A program made the position numbers and the translations under genes. Under the pieces are notes generated by a model. That model was not told the origin of the DNA and did no database searches. It was given only the letters and a program-made list of their open reading frames with translations. This document shows positions 1 to 12,500 of a stretch of DNA of 64,000 nt, one piece after another (the first letter of the stretch is position 1; every line of letters begins with the position of its first letter). The DNA comes from Sphagnum compactum (Eukaryota), in assembly GCA_965153455.1 (NCBI GenBank), contig OZ234493.1, positions 9,104,213-9,168,212 of the forward strand. The letters are read 5' to 3'.

Positions 1-3000
1 TTCTTTGTGAAATCAATTATTCCATGTTTTCTTCTTTTCACTCCCTTCTATTGTCACTTTATTCCAATTTGTTTTCTCCTCTTCCCTTAAACCTTTTCAT
101 TTTAAACATGTTCAATTTAATGAATTTTTGGCCAATAGTTCCTTTCTATCATGCATTCTTCATTTTGCTTGAAACTCAAATGTTGTTCAACATTAGCCTA
201 GATATTTTCACTTGGGTTGATGTGGCAAAATATTTGAAATTTGTCAAAACATATTTTGGCCATGTTGTCAAGGAATATTCTTATTCTTGTAAGTTCCACT
301 ACACTCTTGCTTTTGTGTAATTGGGTCAAAACACATAACTAGGAGCCAAAAAAAGTGTCGGATGTTAAACATAATTAGTCAAAATTCAACATTTATTTTT
401 TATTACCATTTAAAACCATAGTAATCATGGCAAGTTAATCATTTTTCTCTCATATGAATGTCAAGGAATTTAGAATAAAAATTCATTCAATTCAATTTTA
501 AGTTTTGGTTTTAATTTAGAACGTTTGAAAATGTACACCTATTGCATCAGATGGAGTCATTTTTGCAAAGGACTATCAAAAGGACTCATATAATAAAATA
601 ATTTTCATTGAAAAAATATAGATGATAAAACCACATTAACCACACTAAAAAAAACACCCATACTTTTAAAAATGTGGAATTTTAAAACTTTAAAAATTCA
701 AAAAATGTTTCCAAATTTTAGAATTTCAAGAGTCCTTTGCCACATATAAATGAATTATAATGTACATGATGTATGAAAAAAGTTATAGTTTAGAGTATAA
801 AAAAACTAAAGAATGTGAACTTTTAATTTTTGGTGATGACTTAAAATTTTGATCATTTTTCAAGATGAAGCATTGAATCTGTAAAGAATCTACACACTTT
901 TAAAAATTCATATTTATTCAATAATGACTAACAAAAAAAATGTGATGCATTGGGGAACATTTAAATATTTTTTTTAAAAGTTACAAAAAATTTCTTTCAA
1001 AAATTCATTTGCATGTAAAAGGTTTTTTTGGGAAAAATAATGTGTAGTCCTTTTCCAAAGTAATCCCTTTGGCTCCTAATTATAGGTTTTGACCCAATTG
1101 CTTGTTTGTGTTCAATTTTGTTGAAGGTTTCAAGTTCTAACATGTGTAAGTTTTGTTCCCATTTTTGAAAGTGTTCCATTTCCCCTTTACATTTGTAGTG
1201 CATTTCCCTTTTTTTCAATAACTTTCATCCTTTTTTTTTTTTCAGTTTTGTGTTTTTTGTTGTGGTGTTCTTTTGTGTTGATTGCTACAAGTTTCACACA
1301 TTCTTGATTTCTCGCTATTTTGTCTTTTGTGTTTTCTATTATGTTATCCTAGCTAGTAATTTGTTTTTAGGTAACGATGTTTGTTGCATTTTGGCATGTG
1401 AACAAAAGATGTTACAAATAATTTTCCCAATTATTTTGTGTGTTTGAACTTTGATTATTAAAACGGGTTTTTCATAAATTGTACTCATAATAAGATAGTT
1501 TCGAAACCCAAAAAACAAAATTGTCAAAAAAATTACAGTTTTTGATTGATATTAAATGATTATGAAATATGTTTGACAAAATGTAATACATGTACCAAAA
1601 TATTTCAAAGCGAAAATTGACTCCAAAAATTACTCAAACAACTACCAAACTTTATGAAATATTTATACATATATTGAATATGAGTTGATTGTAATATTTC
1701 AATTCCATATACAAAAAAATTGATTCATATGATTTCATAGAAAAAGTCTAAATGAGATGTTTCATTCAAACCAATGTAAACGTGTGAAAAAATTAAAAAA
1801 ATTGTTGAAAATTACTCTCATTTGAAAGGTAACGAGAATAATGTTAAAAATCTTATGTCAAATATTCATTTTATGTGTTTCTCAAAATGCGAGGTGAAAT
1901 GAAAGAATAACTATCCCAAAATTATATATATATATATATATATTATATCTTGCTCAAAGGCCCCCAAGTATTTTCACCCATTCAAAAAAATTGTGAAAAA
2001 AATGAAAAATGACAACAATGGTAGGAGGAAGGCTTAGGTGATGCATGTGATAATGGAGAAGACATCCTCTTCTTCCCACCTATTATTTTTCCCAAGCATA
2101 GTCAATTAACACCATCTCTCTTTGTAGTTCTTTTGAATTGCAAAGAAATTCCTAAGCTTGACTTGGTGAGCTTGAAATAGATGGCAACCTCTCAACCTCT
2201 CCACAATGTCATGCTTGTAGTGGTCTTTATATCACTCCTCTCCATGTGCTTGCACTTGTTTGCTTGTCATCCCCTCTGATGGGCTCCTACATCTTGTGCA
2301 TTGCTTTCTCACAAAACCTTGTCGCTCTCTTTCACAAAAACTTTTGGTATTTGCCCTTGTGCCCTCTAGCTCTCTTTTCCTCTCTCACAACAAAGACACA
2401 AGCAAATATGCACAAAGCAAACACATTTGCAATGGGCACATTTGCAACAAAGTTTGGAACCCCATTGGATGTCTTTGCAAAATTTTCAACTGGGTTGTGC
2501 ATATCAACCATTGTTTTAGTGAGACATCGGGTTTCAATGCCATGTTTGCTGAATTTTACAGACAACTCTAATATGAAATAATCTTCCAATGAAGATGGTT
2601 CACTCCTAATGCAACTATTCTGTCCACCACCAATTTCTATTATTGGGATACCAATTCTGATCCTATGTCTGTCAGATGATTGCAGCTTTGAACAGTGTGC
2701 CTACCTGTGTCCAGTACTCCTGCTTCAGATTTCAGATTATTGCCCAACTGACAGATTTGAGAAAGTTGCCATATAAGCCTGAAAGCCTGGTCACCAAAAT
2801 CCTCTGGGAAAAAAATGCCCACAGTATCAATGCCCAGGCCTATGCTTAACAGAATCATGAAGTTGAGCTCTTCAATGCCAATTTCAATTGATGGTACATG
2901 CCCTACAAAACATATATCAAACACAGATCAGACCTCAACAACGTCAGCTACAAAATCCTCTCCAATTCATCTACAATTTGCAATACATCCACCTCCTCAA

Positions 3001-4418
3001 CAGTGCATCGTTGAGTTCTCTGATGTTCCTCCCCAGAGCATAATTTGTGCAAGAAGGTCCAGAAGCAGGACAAACAAGAATTATAGGCCACTTTGATTTC
3101 GTTATGCTCCTTCCAACAACATACTCAGAATATCAGATGCATCAAAATCATCCTTTGTGAAGGTTTTCATTGTGAAATTTCCAATAAATTTCAGCCTTCA
3201 GCAATAGGATCATTCAGTGCTCATGGAGGAGTACCCTGGCACCAATTCTCAGAATTCTGCACCAAGTAAAAGTACCCTTTCACATCTACCAGGGACTAAA
3301 GCCAGACTTCAACAGAATATAGAGAGGCAACTGCTCTATGCCGGACATTACTTTCAGGATTAGGCACCTCCAAATCTCACCGTAAGTGGAGTCCACCTTT
3401 CTACAATATGCTTGAAGTACCCTAACAAGCACCTGTATCAGCAAGTGACAGACAAAAATCACTAATGGAAGCTTGCTCGACACTGTGAGAACATTTATTG
3501 GTGCATCAAACAAGTTCTGAAGTACTTCACAGATTCCCCTTGCTCTAAACGAATGTCGGACCTACACCCCCTACACTTGTTATATCTGAGCATCCCTATA
3601 ACACAAGAGCTGACAAAGGCACCTTTGTTGACACTATCACTCACCACAAAATGCACCACGTTCCTCTCAATCCAAACAAAGGTTTCAATGTAGGGTCCTG
3701 GTCAATTTTAGTATTTAGTGCATAGTGTCACTAGTTTATATTGATCAGCAACATCCTTGTCTGCTGCTTTCACACAAGGCCTCCTGGGCTCAATATACTT
3801 TCTCAGAATGTCCTCTATAAGGACCTGCATTGCTTTGCACGATTTGATCCCTTGCGCCCTCTGATGTCTTGAGCCTTCTGGTTATTGCGTTTCTCACATT
3901 CATCAAACAAGGCTGGATAATCTTGAAAAACTGTACAATAATTAATGCAGAAACAACACCTCTTGCACCTTGTCGTCCTATCAATAAGATAGCAGAGAAA
4001 ATCCAGAACAACCCTTCAAAGGGAACTGTTATGTCAGTTCTGGCCAAACCAAAACAAACACAACAAGAATGAGTGCTGGTGAGTATCACTCACATGTAAG
4101 ACTATCACCTTCATCATGAATGGCAGTGACTAGCTACCATCACTCCCCACTGACTTTATCAGCTACCAATAGTGGGTGTAGATAACTAGATAATAATCTG
4201 CTCAAAATTTTGGGCAAAATATTATACAAAAATCTGTGTCCTGAGTTTCTGTCAAATTTCTGGAAGCAATGGGAAAACTCGGTCATGTTGGCTAGCACCT
4301 TGCCCTCATGTGGAGATAACAGCATGCCTCGTCTTCTCCACGGTCAGAGTCAGTGCCATTCTGCAGCTCACAAAATGCTACAGCCATCAAGAACATTGAA
4401 TTCCCCTTTGTATGCAGA

Positions 4419-4824
4419 CTAACACCGTCCAAAAGTTCTTCCCAAGGTAGAGGATGGGCTACCTGCCTCTGGCAGATCTGTAAGGGAGAACGACCTGGAA
4501 GGCAGTGATCTGTTTAGACTGCTCCTGGAGGAATGTTGATGAGGTGAAGCATAATCTTCATCATCTTCATCAATTCCCCCTAACTTAACTGCCACTACCA
4601 GAGTACTTCTACTGCCATTAACTGATTTCTTGGAAATGCCTGTGACAGAGGAACGTGAGAGAGGAGGATACGACCGATGGCTATTGAGATGGCAGTTGAA
4701 ACCCATCTTTCGTCTTCGGCCATATGGATTGTCTGGTTTTGCAAGATCTGATATAGATTTCACATCTGCTAGTGAGGAGAATGACCGTGATTTACCACCA
4801 AAAAACTTGGAAAGCCCTGGTTTC
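4419..4824 (-). CDS. OXS3-like: OXS3-family gene, coding exon 2
   Basis: Follows a TGTTCTGTGGTGCAG acceptor; encodes GLSKFFGGKSRSFSSLADV and C-terminal SRSFSLTDL; stop at 4421-4419. Confidence 0.88.
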
Positions 4825-7271
4825 CTGCACCACAGAACACATACAAGATTGATAAGCAATGAAATTCTCTCATGGACACCTGACCCCTCTCTGAGATGAT
4901 CACAGCAGGAAAAAGTAGAACAAGAAGAAGATGTCAAATCTGCCAACTAAGGGTGACTGAGGATCTGATGCAGCCTTTGGGCTACTGCCTTCTTTTGGGC
5001 ATGGCCACTTTCCTACCACCATAACAGTGGCAATGCTCTTCTCCCAAGGTTTAACCCTCAGGCACCCACATGCTTTTGGTGAATATTTACCCATTGACCT
5101 CTAGTATACTGCATTGGCCACTCTCTTACCACCATAACATTGGCCATGCTCTTCTCCTGAGGTTTAACCCTTAGGTACCCACATGCTTTTGGTGAATATT
5201 TACCCATTGACCTCTAGTATACTGCATTGGCCACTCTCTTACCACCATAACATTGGCCATGCTCTTCTCCTGAGGTTTAACCCTTAGGTACCCACATGCT
5301 TTTGGTGAATATTTACCCATTGACCACTCCTATACTGAATTGGCTCCTCATAGCAGGAAAACCAAGTCATGCCAACCTATTCTAAATGACTAACATCGTA
5401 CTGACAGAGGTCCAGGCATAAAATAGCTACCACACATCCATGAGCCTAACATACGTCTGGAAACAGTAAGTAAAGCTTTCTGTAAAACAGAAACTTTTTC
5501 AGAATGAGATGGAAGGCCATGAAGATGAATCCCGTGAACTGCACATGATGCACAAGCCTACAACTCATTCTTCTGGTCTGCCAGCCAACAGCCAAAATGG
5601 GAGTGATGAGCTTGACAGTCTTGTGAGTCCAAAATTAAAACAAAAGCTGAGATTTTATCTGAAATGCTGAGTGAGAGAGTGAGAGAGAGGTTTCATCTCC
5701 TTGAAGCTTCCCTCTCCTTCAAATCTGAACTAGATGCAGCCTTACATCTCTCCCATATTGCTGGAGCCACATGCCACAACTACTGTGGTACTGCTGATCC
5801 ATGCACACTTTTATCTGTGGTTGATATTCATCCAAACAGATCCTACCTCTTACAACTCTAGCTATAGTGCCCTATGTTTCTAGATATGTATATCTCAATG
5901 CTCCATCTTGGGAAATTTTCTTAAAGCCATGTCATGTATATCACCAAATTATCTCAGTGTCCATCTGATTCAAGCATAAAGCCATGTGACTGTAGCGATG
6001 AATATTTACACATTTAAGTATTAGGCACATATGGTTATCTTATAAAAGCAATAGTATCCCTGCCACTAGTATATGGACCAAGCTTTGACAACATTGATCT
6101 GCTTAATTTATGTGTGTGTGTAAGAGAGAGACAGAGAGACAGAGAGGCCATGAGGCTCAATCTGTCTGTGACAAAAGGACATCCTGCAGGTGGATTTTAC
6201 TGTTCAGCTAAAGGTGGGGGCACACTTCCCTCAGCAAAACTGCCATGATCTCCATACCTACATTCTCAAATATAGGTAAGAAACAGAAGGCTGTAGAAAG
6301 TGACCCTGACAGAAGCTAATCAATGTTCAGGAGTCTAGGAGTGTAAGGAATCTCCAGTAACAATTGACCACCTATATCAAAAGAAATGCTGGCAGAAACA
6401 AATTCAAGCTGATAAAATGCCATGAAGTGTGTATTCAGATGGTACTGTGGCTGGCTCACCTGATAGGAAGAGAGCTTTCAAGGCAGGTCATCTGATCAAG
6501 AGGGCCACTAGACTGTGCCTCTGCATCTGATGAGCATGAACTGTCTTGATCTGCCCCATCTTCAATTGATGAAGATGATAAAGACGAATTCTCATCTGCA
6601 ATCTCCTCCTTAGTTGGCAGAATTGGCTCAGCCTTGGGCAGCGTGTCATAAACGAATGGTGGGCTTTCTTGTGCTGGGTGCTTAATCGGGCCAAGCGCCC
6701 TGTCCGATTCATGCAATACCAATGAAGAACTACTGTTATATTGAGGAGTATCAAGCCTCCCAATTTTTATAGCGTTTGGAATCCTCCCAGAATCGAGTAA
6801 TCTGGCAATGCTGCCAGATCTCGATAAGGCCTCCTTAGGTTCCATGGATCTCTTGGCGTCGGGTTGATCTGCAGAAGGCAGAATGGTGGGAGGTGACCCT
6901 AGAGTTGGCTGATCAGAGAGGCAAACGATGGAGACGGTCTGCTTTGCTGTTAGAGTCGATGCCTCCACATCTAGGGACATGTTGTGCGAGTCACAGATGT
7001 GTGAATTCGAGGAAATTTTGTCTAATCCGACAGTGACGCCTCTGTGGTGATGAGGGAGATTACAAGCTTTTGCGGCGTCGGCTTGTGACTGCAACGAGAA
7101 GGGAGACAGAGCGCTTCTTCCCCCTGCGGAGGATTCATGAGCGGCCTGTTGCAGCCATCTGTAAGTTGACGATGCATCATATACATACTGATGACGCTGC
7201 CCCATCTTGTATCCACCACCACCACCACCTCGACCTCCACCGATTTCCCAAAGTTGAAATGCAACAGACAT
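4419..7271 (-). CDS. OXS3-like: OXS3 (OXIDATIVE STRESS 3)-family protein, 2 exons: join(7271..6460, 4824..4419), 405 aa
   Basis: ATG at 7271. Donor AG|GTGAG (intron starts 6459) and acceptor GTGCAG|G (intron ends 4825) join in frame to give ...SSSSIEDG...GPLDQMTCLESSLPIR|KPGLSKFFGGKSRSFSSLADV..DLAKPDNPY, the characteristic OXS3-family motif with its usual intron in LPI(K/R). 812+406 nt = 406 codons including the stop. Confidence 0.88.
5001..5325. repeat. 113-bp tandem repeat (~2.9 copies) in the OXS3-like intron
   Basis: GGTTTAACCC recurs at 5048, 5161 and 5274; copies 2 and 3 are essentially identical. Confidence 0.95.
6460..7271 (-). CDS. OXS3-like: OXS3-family gene, coding exon 1
   Basis: 271-aa ORF ending at a canonical GTGAG donor; acidic/Ser-rich segment before the LPIR motif. 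Confidence 0.85.
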
Positions 7272-7651
7272 TCTTAAAGAACTCTCTTCCTGCTCTCGCC
7301 TACGCCTGGAACAAACTCAGAAATAGAATTTGGGAGCTAATTTGTGCTTCACCTTTCTAAAATGAGCACGTAGACGTCTTGACTCGTGAAGGATCTCGGT
7401 CGAACCATGATCAGAGTACTGCAACCCTCACCCGCGCTTCAATATCCATTTCGATACTTGCTATATAACAACATCTGCAACTAATAGGAAAAGAAGAAGA
7501 AGAAGAAGAACCTCCTCCTCCTCCTCTCCTTCTCTTGAGAAAAACCTGTAAGAGATTAGAAGAACAATAAAAAAGGAGACGTGCCCTCTCTTTCATCCTC
7601 CCCTCGCTTAGATTACATTCTAGTTACACACGGTTCGTCAAAACGAATAAT

Positions 7652-7653
<2 letters not shown>

Positions 7654-7689
<36 letters not shown>
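7654..7689. repeat. (CT/GA)n microsatellite near the presumed OXS3-like TSS/5' UTR
   Basis: Uninterrupted CT run ~380 bp upstream of the ATG; GAGA tracts are common at plant 5' ends. Confidence 0.85.
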
Positions 7690-7693
<4 letters not shown>

Positions 7694-8083
7694 CATGGCT
7701 CCTTGACGAATACCTCATTTCTTTCTCCCTCCTCGGCACATCTCGACTTTACAACCGCCGCTTCCCCAATCTCCATCACACTCAACACCAAAACCCCCTC
7801 CTCGCCAACAACAAAACCTTGAGAAGAAAGAGAGAAAATTATGCAAGAAAGGGAAACAACAGAAGGAGCTAAAGAGGCAAGTATGCTAGAAAAGCTAGCT
7901 TGCGTGGAGTGCATGCGACGCACTAAATTGTGCAACACGACAAGGCGAGAAGAAAAAGCAGCAACAGCGGACGAGGAAGATAAGATGATGAAGAAGAAGA
8001 AGGAGAAGAAGAAGAAGGGAGGCCAGGCAGTGTTCTTGCACGCACTTTCTTTTGGCGGGCAGACCGTTAACCGTCGTCAACAC

Positions 8084-8356
8084 CAGGGTTGACCGGTTAC
8101 TTCTTTTTACATAACCACCAGGTATGTTTTGTCGGACCACACAGGTTATCATCATCAAAAAGATGTGGTTGCTGAACAGGTTATCAAGCAGATCCGGGTA
8201 ATAACAATCAGTTATGCATAAGGGTAGGTTAATAACCAGTAGATAACCGCCTGTTACCCGATCGATTATTAGTCATTTCAAAACAAATTGTATCAATGTT
8301 TAAGGATTGATAAGCGGGTAGATAATCGAGTACATGCTAATAACCGGCCAACGCTG
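8084..8356. mobile_element. hAT-like MITE (273 bp) upstream of the OXS3-like gene
   Basis: TIRs CAGGGTTGACCGGTTA / TAACCGGCCAACGCTG (14/16); 8-bp TSD GTCAACAC (8076-8083) / GTCAACCC (8357-8364); internal repeated GGTTA/TAACC motifs. Confidence 0.8.
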
Positions 8357-8512
8357 GTCAACCCCCCTTTTCCTATTAACCCGACCCTGTCCAACAAACT
8401 CAGGTAGGTACATTCGAGGGTGCGATGTACAATGTACCTAGGTGCCTACTAGGAACTAGGTACCTATATAGCTTTTCAATAATTACCTCTGTAGGTACTA
8501 GCCTCTAAGTAA

Positions 8513-8820
8513 CAGTGCTTTTTTAGGAATTTAAAAAAAAACCCAAAGTGGCGATCATGGGTGGGAAGATGTAGAAAAAGTAGTCAGCATCCCCAGGAAG
8601 ATTTAGCCAAATCTGGCTATAAAAATAAAGTAAAAATCTTTAATCATCCTTCTATATTTTTTAATACACAAAATGAATAACCAAATATACAAATCTGGCA
8701 ATTATTTCTCTTTTTTGGCCCTCACTTCTCACAACCTAGAAACCTCCAAAAATCACTTCTATTTATTTATTTATTTTAATTTCTGTTCTTGGTGAATTTT
8801 TTCCAGTAAAAATAATGTTG
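8513..8820. repeat. Dispersed repeat (GGAAGATTTAGCCAAAT family); related copies at ~9738-9995 and 52376-52693
   Basis: Shared block TGGCGATCAT...GGAAGATTTAGCCAAATCTGGCTA...CCTCACTTCT; starts CAGTGYTTTT like the 52376 copy. Boundaries approximate. Confidence 0.65.
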
Positions 8821-9116
8821 TCCCAAAATGTAAAAATTAATATTCCCCAGCTCAAATACAGCCACCAAAAGAAAGTCATTCTTAAAATCATGCCTTGATT
8901 GACACAAAATTTGGCCTAGTGTTTATCCTTGTGATGGTAAATCTATTTTACCTTAATGTACTCCTGGGTATATAATAGGGTAAATATATACCTTACTCAA
9001 CTAAATGTTGTAATTTACTTTTGTAATTACCTTACCTATACCAGCAGTAATTGGGGCTCACCCAAATTCCTATACCAGCAGGCATGCTCCATAATACATG
9101 AAATAATATGTCTTAA

Positions 9117-9544
9117 AGGTGCATTCACACTTGGTGTTAAGGAGTCTAGTATTAAGTCCCCTAACACCAAGCTAGTCATTTAGAACCTAAACCTATTTAC
9201 CACGAAGATTTTATGTTAAGCTAACATTCACTTAAGGTGCATTCACACTTGGTGTTAGGGACTCAAATTTTGAGTCCCCTGAAAACCATACGAGTCATTT
9301 AGGACTTAACTTATTTATTACGAAGATTTTATAATAAACTAACATTCACTTAACATTAAGCCATTGCCCATTTAACATTGGGTGTCACCTAAGATTCCAC
9401 CTAGATTTTCATTTAACATTGACTTAACATCGAGTGTGAATGCACGATTAATATTAAGCAATCACCCATATAACATTGGTACCACCTAAGTTGCCACCTA
9501 GATTTTCACTTAACACTTACTTAACATTATGTGTGAATGGACCT
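9117..9544 (-). mobile_element. Tourist/PIF-Harbinger-like MITE with a second copy of the same family (9235-9447) nested inside
   Basis: TIR GGTGCATTCACACTTGGTGTTA; the inner copy is flanked by a TTA TSD (9232-9234, 9448-9450); orientation is opposite to the copies at 29095, 38340 and 62406. Confidence 0.88.
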
Positions 9545-12500
9545 TTATTTAGGTAGGAAAGTTAACTTTCAGGGCACAAGAGACGAACCGCCAATTTTAT
9601 CATTTCTTATTACATCATTGCCAATTCCTGACACTTGTATTTTTCTATTTACCTGCGGCCACTTTACACCATGGAAGTGTCTAGGGCATCTTTTTTGCCT
9701 CCAATTCGTCTGTATGGCATCATGACCTACGGAATTCAGTGTTTTTTTAAAAGGATTTTGTGACGTAGTCAAGGTGGTGATCATCCGAAAAATAATTTAG
9801 CCAAATTTGGCTACATACTACACATGAAAGTAGGAAAAAAAAAAGTCAGAACCATTCTATTGGCTACCTACTAGAACTTATCCAAAAACTTTGCCATGAG
9901 GAATTTGTTTTCCCTCAAAATTTGGCGAATGCAGGCCATTTTTCCCATGACAAATCAATTGCCAAGTGATTTTTTTAGGTTGAAATTTGGTGAACTTCAC
10001 AAGTATTAACTACAGAAAATGGTTAGATTTTATGTGCTAGGTTTTGGGTCCTTTGGGGGCTGGGTTCCCCTCACCACCTTGTTATCTTGTATCTAATTTT
10101 TGTCTTCCATGTGATGGTTTTGGCCATCGGTTTTTATTGAGGTTTTTTTTGGTCCATTTCTTAATGCAATGGCATTGTTTTAGTTGTTCCCAAAAAAAAA
10201 AAGGAAAAAGGTTGTTGCCTTGATATTTCTCATACCTACAATATCTTAGGTAAAAATTGACACCCATGTCGTATAGGAACATGTCATACCACCTTTCTTA
10301 CACTCGCGATGTCTCATTAGCATTTCTCAAGACACATTAGGAGTTTTCTTCAAGCTTGAGCAACATCTAATAACTCCAACTTCCAATTTTTGCTATCTAC
10401 CCATGCTATGAACCAGAGGAACATGTGGGAGAGGAAAGCTCATACAAGTTGCTTGAAATATAATAAGGGTTGGAAACAGTCCCAAACAATTGTGAATTTT
10501 TTAATTGAAATCTATTTGAATTTCTATGATTTTGTGCCAAGTTACATTGGATGATCAACTTTGACCATCCATTTCTCCCTCACCTTCACTCCATTTTGCA
10601 CAAGTTGTTTTCCACTTCATTCTACCCTAGAATTTAAGGTCAATGAAATGTGATATCTTGAGCGAATTCTACAAAAACTTATAATCATGAAGGTTGCTTA
10701 ATATTAAAAAGCTAAACTTTCAATGATGTTAATTTTCCATTTTTAAGCCAAATCTTTTTTTAAACTCAAAAGATGTAGTTGAAGCCTCGACACCTTTAAT
10801 GTGTTGATTTTTTCAATTTTCAACATAATCATGACTTTTTGTGGCATTTGTGGGTTCTACTCCATATTTTGGATTAGGACTATTTTGGTAAAATTTTAAT
10901 TTCGGGTTATGATCATCCTTAGTTGATAATTTTTTGGTTTTGCACATCATGTTGGGTGATGTGTTTATTTAGTTTGTACTCAACAATTTGAGGAGCTAGA
11001 TTTAATCCTATTAATCTTTTCAATGGAAAATCCATAGAAAAATGGAAACCTTGTGAGGTATATATATATGCTTGGAAATTGAGATGGCATTATGGAGAGA
11101 TGTGATGCGTGAAGAAGTCAAAAGACCTTGGTTTCCAGAAGATTAGGAGCCAATGTGGTTGTTAACCCAAAATCTTGACTTGTATAAGAGTAATGGGTTG
11201 TTGCCTATGCGTAACTAGTTAAAGGCATTTAATCGTTTTGATAATACTACTTGTTGGCAATAGACAACTGGTATCCAACAGATAACCAGTATGTTAGTTC
11301 AACATGTAAAGGATAGGTTATAGTAATCAAACTGTTATTGTAACAAGTTAGTGACGGATCTTTTAGTCTAATCGATTAATGATTGAATAGGTCTGTGGAA
11401 CCTGTGAAACGTAGCTATTTAGATTTTAAAACTTTATCGACTACTTATTGTTTCAAGAGAACAAACAACTCTAATTTTTTATTATAAAATTGAGGAAGAT
11501 CATGAGGAGAGAGGAGAATAGACATTCATAGAGTTTCACACTTTCTTCATTGTACAATTTTGTGACTTACAATTTTATTTTTATTTTTTCAACCTATTGC
11601 CATGGCAAAATTTTGTTTTCACAAGTTTTTGTGTGTACCTATTGTAGTAATAATTTGAGGAAAAATGAATGAATAAGAGAAAGTCTAAAGGAATAAAAAA
11701 TACTTTTAACATTTGGCATCCACGTAGTGTATTGAAATTGTAAACAAATCGTTTACAATCTCTAGTTCAAGTGATAATTGTTTTGTTTTTAAAGTTTTAG
11801 TTTGATTGTGTATTGGTTTTAGTGGTTTTTAAAAATTGTTCTATGTTTTAATAGTTTTTTATTTTTTATGATGTAGTTTGAAGGTTTCTTGAGATTTACA
11901 TGATTATTTTTCTGATTTTTTTCAGAACAACGTGTTGATCAAGGAAATTTGAGAATTAGCGTTTGTGTCAAATCAATGTGGGATGTCGAGAATAATCACA
12001 AGAGGCTTTAGAAGGCAACTATAATTAGATGCACCATAGTAACTTGTTTTTGAAGCGGTTCAATTACAAAAACAACCACGTTCTCAAGCTAGTGCCACAT
12101 GTTGATGTCCAATCATGAAATTTTGACAACCTATGTCAAAAGATTTTCCTATTTCATGGTCATCTATTAAACAAGATGAAGGAAAGGAATCACAAGTACT
12201 TTGATCGGTCAACATTTAGCACCCCAACATTCATCCCAATAACTGAGGCCAAGGGTACCACTAAGTGCAAACCACACCACACCTATTCACAATGTCGATG
12301 AAACAACCTTTATAAGACAAAGGTAACAATTTGCAACACCTACATACTATAACCCAAGAGTTATTGTTCCATCACAATTAGCACCTATTGTTGGATTTCA
12401 AACCATCGAACTTGTTCGTGCAATGAATCTCACCACAACAAATTCAAAATTGGAGCATGGACAAATATTTGACTAGTTGGAGCAGTATGAGGTCTGGAGT

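Noticed and set aside
1-2240. Short ORFs in the AT-rich opening region
   Set aside because: Low-complexity F/L/K/N-rich translations typical of decayed repeat DNA; no element termini resolved.
2600-4400. Moderate-GC region downstream of the OXS3-like stop, with ~60-100 aa ORFs and a possible minus-strand acceptor near 4040
   Set aside because: No recognisable protein motif or consistent exon chain; most simply 3' UTR or downstream transcribed sequence.
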